Of a DNA stretch of 64,000 nt, positions 23,061 to 35,929 are shown piece after piece. The notes beneath the pieces are model-generated. The model saw only the letters and a list, made by a program, of their open reading frames with translations. It had not been told where the DNA came from and made no database searches. A program made the position numbers and the translations under genes. This stretch comes from Raja brachyura (lineage: Eukaryota): contig OY740820.1 in the NCBI GenBank assembly GCA_963514005.1, positions 17,546,001 through 17,610,000 on the forward strand, given 5' to 3'. Numbering within the stretch: the first letter of the stretch is position 1; each line of letters opens with the position of its first letter.

Positions 23061-25117
23061 CACGAGAAGTATCTTTAATCCATAAATCTAAAAATGTAGA
23101 CGCTTGAAGACTGAAATTAAAAAACTCGAAAGCTCATTAACAGGTCAGGCAGCATCTGTATTGTCTCATACAGAACTGTGTTACAAGATGAAAGGTCATT
23201 GACCTGAAATGTTAACTCTTTCTTTCTCCATAGCTACTGTATTTTCTGTTCAGATTCATGTCAGCTTAGTCTCATTCAAAAATACCTTAAGCTCTGTGTA
23301 AGACATTGTGACTGTGAAAAGAGACAGATAAAATGTTGGAGGGATGGATAGCAAAATAAACATTGGTGTAACTGTATCGCACAATTATTACTTTTTATTG
23401 TGGAGACAATTCATGCCAATGGAAATAAGCAAATCTGATTACCGGTATATTTAAAAAAAAATAAAAGAACCAATAATTTAATTTTGGTTTATTGTATCCC
23501 ATGTTTTCTTTAAAGTCCATCTCTGGGACTGAACCAGCAAAGATATGTAAAATATGACTATCTTGTTGAAACTTCGAAGATATTGCTGAGCGGGAGCACA
23601 GGAGATGGCAGATGCTAGAATCTGTAGCAAAAAAGTCCATTGGGAGAAACTCAGGAGGTCAGGCAGCATCCATGGAGGGAAATGGCCAGTCAAACATTGA
23701 GCCGATACCCATCATTGACACTGCCACAGTTGTCAGGTCTTCAGGTTGCAAGATTCAAGAGTTTATTGTCATGTGTCCCAGATAGGACAATGAAACTCTT
23801 GCTTTGCTTCAATATTGTACTGGTAGATATTGAACAAACCAAATGCAAAACCACAAGCTCTGTCCATTTACAATAGATTTTATAATTGTGATACTTTAGC
23901 TACTCCAGCAGGCAATACTGTTTTACATTGGGAAATTAATGAATTGAGAAGCCTAGGAAGGAATGCATTTCAAATTTGGACAGCAACAACAGAAATTTGG
24001 CAGGTATAATTGGTAGTTGTTTGAACTATCTAGAAAAATGTTTTCAGGTGTTCGGCAAATTCAACAGTGCTTGTTTAAATTGCTGCTGTGATTTTCAGGT
24101 GAAATTTTTAGTGTGTATGAAGTTCAGTAATGATCTCATTGGGGAATCATAGTCTATGAATGCAGATTCACTCATCAAAACCAGGAATAAATGTCTGACT
24201 TAACACATACAACTATTATCATAAAAACAAGCACCTATTAACATGTCCAGTATTCTCCTTGTTATTTTCTTTCCTCCATGGAGACGCCCAGTTCTTCAGA
24301 GAGCACCACACAATGGCTGTTCCCAGAAAGAAACACACACAGATAAGAGATGCAGTGAAACTAAAACAGCAAACAAGGATTTATTTTTTTGGGACTAATT
24401 TTCCCTCGAGATGTTGCAAAGTGGATTTCTTCATTCTTCAAGTAAGATGCTTAGCTTACTCAAGGTTTAACTTGAGAAATGAGGACATCTGTGCAATGTC
24501 CAGTTTATGGAATATTAGGTATCTGTTGTACAATGCAGGCTTGTGCTCACTGGTTACAAGACGCAACTGAAAGAGCAGTTGAGACCAGGCAAAACGGATT
24601 GAAATATTATATGAAAACATATAATATTTTGTTGTCTCTGTACTGTACACTGACAATGACAATTAAAATTGAATCTGAATCTGAAACATGTTAAATATTG
24701 AAAAACAATGGAGATTTTCATTAAAATAATAACAATTTAGCAAAGTGGATATAATTCTTCATACAAGATATTTTCTGCATCTAGATACTTTGGATATGAA
24801 ACAACTACTTAGGGTCTTAAGAAGGATCTCAATCTAAAATGTCACCTATCCACGTTCTCCAGTGTTGCTGCCGGACATGCTAAGCTACTCCAGCACTTTG
24901 TGTCCTTCTGTATATTAACCAGCATCTTTCAAAACTTTTTTTGTATGATTTTTCCCTACAAAATTTGTAAATGCCAATGTTCAATTTTCAGAATATAGTC
25001 AGCAGCTATTCCAATTTGAATAATCCCATCAATGACTTGCACTGACTTCCTAAAGGGAATTTGTTACAAGAAACAAATAAAGAAAAGAATAGAAACAAAC
25101 ACTTATATAGCAGCTAA

Positions 25118-25525
25118 GGGGCCTGTCCCACTTACACGGCCTTGGCTCGCAAATTACACAACCTCGTGGTCGCTTGAGGCGTACGGGCACAGTTTGGCCG
25201 CGCGGTTCCGGTCCCACTTGGAAGCGCGACATCGCGCGGGGCTCCGAAATTCCTGCAGTGGCCGAAATCTTTGCGCGCCAACGGCCTGTCGGCACGCAGG
25301 CGCATTGTGGTCGTACGCAGCGTCATGACGGCATACGCAGCTTCTTGAAGGCATACGCCTAGCCAGTGGCATTGCACGATAACGTCACCGCCGACGCCCA
25401 AATTCAGTCGGCCCGCCTCCTGCCCAGCTGATTGTTAAGCATGCCGCAAATGACGTCACACGTGAACTCTGCTTCTGTTTGGTCGCGCCAAACGCATGCA
25501 ATCGCATGCAAGTGGGACAGCCCCT
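25118..25525. mobile_element. PIF/Harbinger-type MITE, CpG-rich
   Basis: TIRs GGGGCCTGTCCCACTT / AAGTGGGACAGCCCCT, flanked by TAA / TGA. Confidence 0.8.
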
Positions 25526-26724
25526 TGAGTCTGGTCTCTGCTCTCAAAACATCCAAAGTGCATCACATACTTTAATTGCGGCCCCGTGGAAAGCTAGGAA
25601 ACTTTATGCTTTCAGCGTACACATGCTTTGTGCATATTACAGCATGATAGTTATGTGAAAGAGCAAAGAAAAGCATATTTTGAATGGCAGAAATATTATA
25701 TGAAAGGACGTTTACTTGAGACTTGCAAAATGTAATGTTATTGGTATTATTTAACAAGGGTTTCTTCAGTTACAGGAACAGGCACATGTGAAATAGATTG
25801 TCCAGTCCTTGAATGGTTGGATTCATATTGGTATCTCTCATCTTGTTAACTTTAAAAAGAAAATCAAAGAACTCCTGTTGTCAATTGAAATGCTTCACTA
25901 ATTTCAGTCCAGTAGAGGTAGACTGTACAAGTAATGTAGCCACCTAACCCCTTGGAAATTGAATTTTTTGCACAATACTTTGCTCAATATACACATATCC
26001 TTGCATCTGTTCACATGCCACCAATTGCTCACTCTTCATTGGGATGATTTACTCAAGCAGAAATTGCAACATGAATCTAGCAATTCTACTTAAATTCAAC
26101 AATTCACTTAATTGATCTACGGTTTAGCTAACTAGATCCAGTAGCTTCTCTTCTCGCCCCTGCAATTAATCTCAAATCTCCCAAGAAACCGTTATTGTCC
26201 CTTTTCCTCATTTACATGCCATTTTTTCAGAGACACCATGTAAAAAAACGTCAGATTCAAGACATACATTACCCAACACTACCATGCCATCTCTCCCAAT
26301 CGTGCCATTGCCAGTTAAGGATGCCTGATCAATATCTAGCAATGAATGAGATTTCTTCCAACTCTTCGAAAGAACTAAATAAAATCATTGGAGCCCTGTC
26401 TGTTTTCTTTAAATAAGCAGCTTGTTTAATGTATTTTTATCTGGTTACCGAGACACCATTAACCAATGGTGAAGCCAAGACAAGAGTCATAATTATACAT
26501 CCGTTATAGTGAAATGTCAAACCGATTGTAAAATGGAAAAAATCCTACCTCAACATATTCACAGTTAAAAACTAGTTATAAATCTAGAATATTTGCAGAT
26601 TGATTGCTCATAAACCTTTGTTTAAAAATATAAAATAGATCATAAATTAATCAATTATTTTTAATTAATATTTTTGAATATGAATTTTAAAATAACTTTA
26701 CAATACAGAAAAGTGAACTGACTA

Positions 26725-26990
26725 CAAGACAAAGGAGGAGAATTAGGCCATTCGGTCCATCGTGTCTACTCCGCCATTCAATCATGGTTGATCTATCTTT
26801 CCCTCTCAACGCGTTTTCTGCCTGCTCCCAATAACCTTCGACACCCTTCTTAATCTGGAACCTGTCAATCTCTTCTTTAAAAATACCCAATGACTTTGTC
26901 ACACATGGCTGTGGAGGCCACAAATTCCAGAGATTCACCACCCTCTGGCTAAAGAAATCACTCCTCATCCCCTTTCTAAAGGTACGCGCT
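26725..26990 (-). mobile_element. CR1 3' end
   Basis: FFSQRVVNLWN...SLGIFKEEIDRF. Confidence 0.85.
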
Positions 26991-27749
26991 ACAAACAAGT
27001 TTTCGTCACAGTTTATTTTCATATGCTGCAAACATCCAAGATCACATTAAATAAATAAACATGATCAAACAATCATCTTTGATACTGAATTCCAGGCCTG
27101 ACCTCCGTTAAGATACAGTTTATGCTTACTCCTGCGTCTTTTTGTTCTCACTCATCATTCATATTTGTATGATCATACTCCTTTGTTACTTTGAAGACCT
27201 CTGCTGGAACACCAATAAACCTTCCTAGTTCCAGTAAAAATTAGCCGCAAGTTCATCCTCAATCCAACCAGTCATTTAAGATTTGATTACCCATTCCATA
27301 CAGAGTAAAACGCTGCCAATTCAGCACCCTGAGGACTATACTTGTGCTTGACTGGCAGATTTTCCAGGCCATTACATATTATTCCCATTAATATACCAAT
27401 GCAGTTTTAATTACCTTTTTTTTTTTTTTTTTAAGATGTATGGATTAAAAGGGAGTCCCGGAAAAGGGACACCAGTGTGCCTAAAAAGACACTTGGGAAA
27501 TGGGCCACGGTGAGTTTAGAGGGATACGAGAAACAGACCTGCTGAATTTAAAGAGAAGGAAATAGATGCCAGATGCCAAACCTTCGGGATTCCTGAACAG
27601 AATAGCAGATTAACACAATTCCACTCAGAAGATAAAATTTGATATCAACAAATGATTATTTGTCTTACAATAGAAAGAAAATAGACAACATTAAAACGAG
27701 CACAGTGAAACTACAATAATTGATCATAATCGAAGTACAGGAGGAAAGA

Positions 27750-28230
27750 AAAGACAAAGTACTGGAGTAACTCAGCAGGCCAGGCAGCATCTCTGGATAC
27801 AGATGAGGACGGTTTTTGATAGGCAGATGGTTGGACAAAGGCCAGCGATGAAAAGACAGAAGGTGTGAGACAAAAAGAGTGAAAAGTTGCAAATTGTGAA
27901 GATACAGGAAGGAATTCTCTTATCGTGTTATTCCCTTATCATGTATCTTTAGTCATCTATGCATGAGATGCAGCCAGACCCGCTGAGTTACTTCAACACT
28001 GTCTTTTTTTGTAAACGAACATCTGCAGTTCCTTCTTCCTACAAAGTACTGCAGGAACTCAGTGGGCCAGGCAGCATTCCTGGAGGGAAACAGACTGATG
28101 TACCTTGCGTTGGGATCCCTCCGCACACTCTGTCAGTTTCCCTCCACGGATGCTGCCTGACCCGCTGAGCACCATCAGCACTTTGTTTTTTCTCTCTCAG
28201 GATTCCAGCATTCTGCAGTCTCTTGTAACC
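27750..28230. mobile_element. Cluster of degenerate Penelope-derived repeats
   Basis: Several ctggagtaactcagc / gatgctgcctgacccgctgag units in both orientations. Confidence 0.65.
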
Positions 28231-28934
28231 ACATCAATTGACATTGGGGAACTGGTTAGTTCAAGGTCAAAAAAAAGCAGAAACATCTTTAGGGAAAATG
28301 AACAAACTCTGAAGTACCCATTGTATTCAACCCCAAATTTCTTTCAAAAACATCTCTCTGTTTTTACAAAAAAAAGTGTAATATCAAGGGAGCCTCAGGG
28401 AATTTATAGCACATGTTGCTGAAAAGTAATAAAAACTATAGGACGAGTAATTAACCCATCTGACATGACAGATTTTTCTTCAATATAATTAAACTTATCT
28501 TAGTTGTAAATGTTAATTCGTGCTTTGATCTTCTGCCCAAGACATCAGTGTGCATGTGGCTTACAACATCGATCAGGATGTTCAAAGATCAGCTGGCATC
28601 AAACACATACCAAGCTATGCATCAGCCACACCACCTTCTGGTGAATTAATCTTAAATTTGGCATTAAACCAAGTAGATGTAATGTCCCCCAATTATCAAG
28701 ACTCTAACTAACGAACCATAATAAAGTATTACAGCCTTTGCTAAGATGAACAAAGCAGCACAATATTATTCATACCAGTGTTAGACACAGGAAGATAAGA
28801 CTAATTGGCTTGTGGTCGAGACTTTGATACAATTCACCTGCAACCTTTAATTGCATGAGTCACCATCCTTTTCAAATTACTAATCCTTACATCATGTACA
28901 TTTGCCTCAATATCATTCAAGAAATGCATTTTGT

Positions 28935-29237
28935 GAGCTGCACAGTGTCGTAGTGGTAAGGTTACTGCCTTACAGCGCCAGAGACCTGGGTTCAATCCTG
29001 ACTATGGCTGCTGCCTGCACAGAGTTTGTTCGTTCTCCCTGTGATCATGTCAGTTTTCTCCAGGACCACTAGTTTCCTCCCACATTCCAAAGAGGTGCAG
29101 GTTTGTAAATTAATTAGCTTCTGTAAATTATCCCCAGAGTATAGAACAGAACTAGTGCATGCATGATTGTGGTTGGCGAGGTGTTGGTGAACCGAAGGGC
29201 CCGTTTCCACACTATATCTCTAAACTAAACTAAAAAA
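28935..29237 (+). mobile_element. Full-length HE1-like SINE with 13-bp TSD
   Basis: tRNA-like head with B-box GGTTCAATCC, CR1-like tail, (TAAAC)n end; AAATGCATTTTGT at 28922-28934 and 29238-29250. Confidence 0.88.
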
Positions 29238-29479
29238 AAATGCATTTTGTCTTATGATATAATACGTAAAACCATATAACACGTAAATGATATAACACGT
29301 AAAAAGGGGAAGCTATTTTGCTGAATGCAGTTACAAAAACAAAGCACGATTAATAAAAGTTCACTGCACATTTCTGCTATAAATGTCAAGAAATTAACTC
29401 AATGGAACACCAATTATTTGTCATTTGAACGACGGAACCAACTCTTGTTAAAAATGATGATGAACCTAAAACTCAAAAA

Positions 29480-29980
29480 AAGTCAGTGCTCGAGTAACTA
29501 TCCCAGTCAGGCAGTCTCTCTGGAGAACCTGGATAGGCAATGTCTGAAGAAGAGTCCCGACCTGAAACGTTGCCTATCCATGTTCTCCAGAGCGGATGCC
29601 TGATCCGCTGAATTACTTCAGCATTTGCGTATTTTTCTGCAAACCACCATCTACAGTTCCCTGTGGCTCTAAAACAAAGGCCTTTGACTGACCACTTTGC
29701 TTAAGGGGGGGGGGGGGGGGGGGGGGAGGCGGCAGTTGGGGGAGAACGTGTGCAGTTGGGGTGGAATAAACTCTCAGCAGCTTGACTCAATGAACTGGTT
29801 CCAAAATGATTCTTTGGCTTTGAAAACCAGTGACATCAATGATTCTTGGCTTCAAGGAACTGCAGATGCTGGAGAATCGAAGGTAGACAAAATTGCTGGA
29901 GAAACACAGCGGGTGAGGCAGCATCTATGGAGCGAAGGAAATAGGCAACGTTTCAGGCCGAAACCCTTCTTCAGACTGAA
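29480..29980. mobile_element. Two Penelope-derived repeats (about 29480-29670 palindromic; about 29852-29978 minus) around a poly-G run
   Basis: Same repeat unit; second copy reads CTGAAGAAGGGTTTCGGCCTGAAACGTT on the minus strand. Confidence 0.75.
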
Positions 29981-31031
29981 TATATGATAGATGATAGATT
30001 AAACATAACTGCAAAGTAGTTTGCATATAAAATATTTCCATACCCACCTCTCAACAATGAACTGATTGATTATATTTATGAACTTGTGGTCAGTAATGAA
30101 AATGGATTTCGACAACTGAGCAGTTGGGGGCAATAACTTAAACGTTGGAGAAATTATTGCATGGTTCGGAATGCTGAAACATTCCCTGCCATTATATTGA
30201 CTGGTATGGTCCATTATAACTCTCTTGTAGGGCTTTATAAAACAAACATTTAACATTAGCAATTTCTCAGTTCTCGCGTCTGAGTAAATAGATGTTTGGA
30301 AGATTATGATGAGGGCCTCTGTAAATTGCTTGTTTCCTTTGGGAACCTGGGTTGTTTTCCTGCGGCACCAGGTAATCAATAAATTTACATGCAGTTAATA
30401 TCAACTTTATTTATTTTTAGCCTAGTCAAAATTTTAATGACATTTGTCTTCGCCAAAACCAACAGCATCATCTTGTTTTGTAAAGACCAAATCATTGTTT
30501 TGAAATAAATGGAGGAAAATTTCTTGTTGGGCTCTTATTTTCACTTATAATCCCATTAATGTTCCTATGTCTATACAGTACATCATAATACATTAAAACC
30601 ATAAATATCTGGCCCAAAAATGAATTATAACTTTCCATATGCTGTTCGGTGTCTGCCAATGTGTGACCTATGGACATGATTAAACAAATGTTCAAAGCTG
30701 ATATTAAATGAAACATACTACAAGTTATAAATCATAATAGCATACCTCTTACATGGAGTAATACTATTTGTAATTAGGTTCATCTGTTATAAGTGATTCA
30801 TGCACAGGTATATAAATTATATCGTAACATAATCAAAACTGCAGAACGTCTTTGAACATTTGGTAATTTAATGTGGTGGTTTAGAATTTCACTTTGACTG
30901 TGAAGTGTGAATTTTATCTTTTGCCGATTTATAAAAGGTCTATACAAGTACAAAACTACATGCAAACCTTTTAGGCAAAATGATTACCCATGAAGCAAAT
31001 ATCTGAACACTACATAGACAGCATTCCCTTT

Positions 31032-31859
31032 AAGGTTCAAGGTTCAAGGTTAGTTTATTTGTCACATACACCAATTGGTGTAGTGAAATGTTACTTGCCA
31101 TGCAGCACATAAAATAAAGAATACAGACATAACACTAATAAAGAGATTTAAACATAAAAAACATCCCCCCACAATGGTTCCCATTATGAGGGAAGGCACA
31201 AAGTCCAGTCCCCAACCCATGTCCACCCATAGTCGGGCCTATAGTCGCCTTCACTGAGGCCCGATGTTCCAGGCCGTTCTCGCCGGGCGATGGTGCTCCG
31301 GCGTCGGGAGAATCCTCTCAGCGGCTTGGGACACCTGGAACGGCCGCTTCCTACTGGAGTCCGCGGCTTCCGAAGCAGACAAGGCCACACTGAACGGAGC
31401 TCCCCCACTGGCTCCTGATGTTAAAGTTCAGCGCCGCCGCCCGCAGCCGCCCGCTCCACAGACCCGCGGCTCCGCGATGTTTGTCTCGGCGGTTTCAGCT
31501 CACCGGAGTTCCAGCGCGGCGACCCAGGCAAGGCATCGCCCGCTCCGCCCCGCGATGGCGCTCCAGCGCTCCGCCGCTGCCAAAGCCGAGGTTCTGGGCG
31601 GTCCCCTCAGGAAACGCCGCTCCAGGCCCGCTGGTAGGCCGCGAGGACGGGTCAAAAGTGCAGCCCGGAGAAAAGCTGCCTCTCCGACCAGGTAGGGACC
31701 AGGAAAAGCGGTTTCCCCCTCCCCCCCCCCCCCCTCACCCCCCACATAAAAAAGAATAGGCTCCAAAACAAAACACTTTAAACACTCTAAAATAAAGAAA
31801 AGGGTGAAAAACAAACAACTGCAGGCTGGGCAGCCATACCATACAAGACGGCGCCCCCT
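31032..31859 (-). mobile_element. GC-rich non-autonomous retroelement with Rex/Babar-type tail
   Basis: (CCTTGAA)n tail, stem-loop ACACCAATTGGTGT and AATAAA shared with 14574-14686; head GGGGCGCCGT...ATGGCTGCC shared with 41215-41345. Confidence 0.7.
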
Positions 31860-32972
31860 ATTCTTTCTTTAAGAAAGGTTGGGGAAAGGCATTTGTAGTG
31901 GCATGTGAAGAAGGATAGGCAAGTGATCAGCACCACTGCTATGAAGTCAAGTTGCCTTAGATATTGCTTAACAACCAGCCAGCCAGCCAGGGTAGTTAAT
32001 GGAAGCTGCAGTGCTAGAGCCGTCAGTGAGATCTAGAATTATTTCACAAAATCCAAAAATCAATGCCTCACCAGGCTGTAGTCATACAAGCAGCAGGTAG
32101 CTTAAATCATCTGTGTTGGCAAGTTGTGCAGTTTCAGCTCACTAAACCCCAGCACAGCACATAAAGGTTTTGTCAAACTATACATAGTGCTCTTGACTCA
32201 GAGTTCCCAAAGAGAGAGACAGAAAGAGCACGCATTGAAGGTAAACAAAACGATTTATTGTAGATTCATCATGTAGGCTTGTGTTAGACATTTAGTTGTG
32301 CAAAATAGGCATTTTGATTATTTGGGTGTTGAATTTTACATATTGCAACTTCAAAACGAATAAGCAACATGTGGAATACTTTATCTGAATGTTTATTTTT
32401 TAATGTTATGGTTATTCCAGTTTAATGTACATACAATTCTTGATGTTTCTTTTTTCCCCCCACTTGACCAAAGATTTAAAGATGCTAAACTTTACAATAA
32501 AGAGATTTAGATGAGCAGTCTAAATCTTGATCAACGATATGGCTTACATAAATTTATGGCTTCTACACAAAATGGAAATGTAATACTTTCCTTGCAGCCA
32601 TTTCAATTTTTAAACTTGCAACATTGTCCCACCATGTAAAGAATAATTCTGTTCAGATATCAAAATTATGAATCCAATCAGTCTATACGATGTGCACTTA
32701 GAAATGAATAAAGTTTAGATTAATTGAGGCCAATGTTTGAAGTGAGGTAATGCAGCCTAAACACTTAATCTTTGTTTCCCTTCAGCAACCGACCACACTC
32801 ACTGCATATGGAATCATGATTTGGAGTATGGCTGATGACCACAACTTAACTGCATCTGTTGTTCATGAACTTAAACTTCAGAGTTATTCAAGGCGACTTT
32901 AACATTCTCATATAATTTATGACACATTTTAATATGCTTGGATATGATACAGTTTTCCCGTTTCTGGATTAA

Positions 32973-33176
32973 GTGTAGCAAAGGACTGCAGATGCTGGTT
33001 TAAATCGAATGTAGACACAAAATGCTGGAGTAACTCAGCGGGACAGGCAGCATCTCTGGAGAGGAATGGGTGACAGTTTGGGTCTGACTGAAGAAGGGTC
33101 TCGACCCGAAACATCACTCATTCCTTCTCTCCAGAGATGCTGCCTGTCCCGCTGAGTTACTCCAGCATTTTGTGAC
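32973..33176. mobile_element. Palindromic Penelope-derived repeat
   Basis: About 45-bp perfect arms cacaaaatgctggagtaactcagcgggacaggcagcatctctggaga. Confidence 0.85.
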
Positions 33177-33580
33177 TGGATTGATTAAAATGCTCAACTG
33201 GAATAAACAGCAGTCATAAAGAAAAAATGTACTGTAAAAAGATTATTGATGCAGCAAACAATTAATGCCATAGCAACATAGCTAAAGTATTAAGATCATA
33301 CATTGGAGACTAAAACCACAAGCACATCCTTTGAGCTGCAAGTTATTCCAGCCAAATGCCATTACCATAACATGTTTCAGACACCAATAATAGTCCTTCA
33401 CAGATCCTCATGGTTTAACTAATACAGAAAGAATCCTCTTCACACAGGTAAGTTCTACAATTATATTGCCCCACGGAACCACTCTCAACTATTTGGTTTA
33501 AAACAGTCACCGCCAGTAACTTCACAAATTAAAATGCTTATATATTTAAATATATTCTAAATTCATCAGACAGTTAATAC

Positions 33581-33614
33581 CAAAGATCATAGAGGAGCTC
33601 CTCTATAATCTTTG
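33581..33614. mobile_element. 34-bp hairpin element with 8-bp TSD (minimal hAT-type)
   Basis: CAAAGATCATAGAGGAG|CTCCTCTATAATCTTTG (1 mismatch) flanked by GTTAATAC at 33573-33580 and 33615-33622. Confidence 0.75.
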
Positions 33615-33934
33615 GTTAATACTAACCATTTTCAGATTGTTTCTGTCCTATGATTTTCATTCCTTCTCAAAAATTACTTTAATAAACTAAATTCAATTAA
33701 TCTAACTTCACGTTTTCTGCCCAGAGAAGGTTCTTTTGTGAGTTAATACAGGGAATACAGGCATTTCAGAAAGGAAGACCACTGCAAATCAGTCTAATCT
33801 TCCTCTATCCGGATCATCAAGTACACTTTCCAAAATGGTCCATTGGTCACTTGATGGCAAATTAATACAAATATCCTGTCTGACTTTTGTTTCCCCCACC
33901 CATTCTCTAATAACAATGAGACTTGTCTATTGTT

Positions 33935-34109
33935 TAAGAAAGAACTGCAGATGGTGGTAAAATCAAAGGTAGATACAAAATGCTGGAGAAACTCAGCGGG
34001 CAAGGCAACATCTATGGAGAGAAGGAATGGGTGACGTTTCGGGTCGAGACCCTTCTTCAGACTGAAGAAGGGTCTCGACCCAAAACGTCGCCAATTCCTT
34101 CTCTCCACA
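33935..34109. mobile_element. Palindromic Penelope-derived repeat with two back-to-back hammerhead cores
   Basis: Centre gacgtttcgggtcgagacccttcttcag-a-ctgaagaagggtctcgacccaaaacgtc; degenerate TSD gagact(tg/ca)tctattgtt. Confidence 0.85.
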
Positions 34110-34419
34110 GAGACTCATCTATTGTTCTAAATCAGGATCAGTGTGTTTGTAATAAACCATATATCAACCAGACTATCAATTAAATCTGTTTGACTCATTA
34201 TGAGATCACAGGTTGCAATAAATCAAATAAATCTTCAAGAGCACTGTCCTACTTCAAAAAACATGTGAAGTTCAAAAAATCAATGCCACATGCTGATGAA
34301 AGAAATAGTTTCATGCTTTGAATTGAAAACCTTTATGTTTAAAGCACAAACAGTGAACATATATAACTGGGAGCCTCAACATATTTGATTGCAGAGTTCA
34401 ACACCACTAGTCTTTAATG

Positions 34420-35010
34420 GAAACAGAAGAGACTCCAAACACTGCAATTTTGATTAAAGAAAATACAAATGACTGGAGGAACTCATTAGTTCAGGGAGAA
34501 TCTGAAGTGAAATATACCGATGATGTTTTGAGTTAACACCGTTTCAAACTGATGGGAGTTGAGAGGAGATAGCTGGTTGACAGAGTGAGGGAAAGGTGCG
34601 GGGTAAGAGCTGGAAAGTGATAGTGTAGGAAGGAACTACAATCTGAAGAAGGGTCTCGACGCAAAACGTCACCCATTCATCTCTCCAGAGATGCTGCCTG
34701 TCCGGCTGAGTTACTCCAACATTTTGTGGTTATCTTCACTGGAAAGTGACAAGGTGAGTCCAGGTAAGGAGGTGTTGATTGACATAGGAGTCAGGTGGGG
34801 ACAGGTAAATATGGCTGGTGGTAAGTAGAGAAGACAAAAGGGTGCAAATGGTGACATCTGGTAAGAGAGGAAGGTGGGGAGTGAAATAGAGAGCTAAGGA
34901 GCGAGATGATGGGAAGAAGGGAATACCCTGCTTGGGGTGGGGATGGTTAGTAAAATGGGGGAGCCAGATCAGAAAGATGAACAGATGGAGATGGGAGGAA
35001 AGGGGAAAAC
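34420..35010 (-). mobile_element. Old Penelope-like 3' region with a younger unit nested at about 34623-34740
   Basis: Purine-rich body on plus strand with degenerate terminal unit; nested ctgaagaagggtctcgacgcaaaacgtcaccc. Confidence 0.55.
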
Positions 35011-35029
35011 AAACTGTAAAGTGTGGATG

Positions 35030-35500
35030 TAAAACTTATGAAAAGGTTTTGATGAGGCCACATTTGGACTAGTGTGCAGAGCAAACATCCATTTACTTAA
35101 GGAAAGATGTTGATGCAGTGGCAGCAATTGCGGGGGGTGGGTGGGGGGTGGGGGGGAGGTTTATGAAACAAGTGGGTTGAAACACACAAAGATTGATTCC
35201 TAGTGTGCGAGTCTAGAAACAGAAGTCACCTTTTAAAATGATTGAATTGCCCATTTAACATGGACAAGTTTATTAATATATTCATCTCAGTGTTGAGTAT
35301 CTATGGAACACTCTTATAAGTGTGGTGGTGGAAGTATCTGTGAATATTCTGAAGGCAGAGATGGATAGATTCTTGATATGCAAATGGGTTAGAGGTTACC
35401 ACGAGCAGAGTTAACGTTACAGTCATGTACCATCATGCACAATCATGTTAAAGAGCAGAGCAGGATTGAGGAGTTGTGTGACTTATTGCTCCAGCTAAAA
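35030..35500 (+). mobile_element. Old CR1 3' fragment
   Basis: gaggccacatttggactagtgtgcag...aaggcagagatggatagattcttgat. Confidence 0.6.
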
Positions 35501-35929
35501 GGATTCCTGCACATAAAAAGAACATATGTTCTCCAAACAATGTTAAGCAAAACTGGCAATCATGTGTAATGTCATTTCCTAGTTTTAAGGAATAGGTTAT
35601 CCAAAATGCGTCCAGTCATTTTCTAACTCAGACCAAGTCCCTTTCACCCATCAACTGAGTACCTGCTGTCCTAACAGGTGACAATTCTACTTAAAAATTT
35701 TCACCATGGTTTAAAAATTCTTCATGGCCTCACTCAACCATCTCTGTGGTCGCCTTCAACACATGCTGCTCTCCTGGCCTGTATGTGTATGCACTCCTTC
35801 AGCAGTCAAGGATCCAAGGTCAGGCATTCCCTCTCAACACATTAAAAACCCAATTTGACCATGTCTTTTGGTAATTTTCCCTATTGTGATCACATTAGGC
35901 AGCTTGGTTTTAAATGTAGTTTGCTCAGA

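Noticed and set aside
25032-25401. Five overlapping ORFs
   Set aside because: Result of a GC-rich, stop-poor MITE interior.
28935-29010. tRNA gene
   Set aside because: tRNA-like head of a SINE; no complete cloverleaf.
29705-29730. Poly-G / G-quadruplex tracts (also 35131-35158 and 40856-40875)
   Set aside because: Simple homopolymer-type runs, common in this window; no evidence of function.
31184-31814. Ala/Arg/Pro-rich ORFs or a host CpG-island promoter
   Set aside because: Bounded by a retroelement tail and a head repeated elsewhere in the window; better explained as a TE.
32190-34200. TGACTCA (AP-1-like) motifs as enhancers
   Set aside because: 7-mers expected by chance; no support without conservation or chromatin data.
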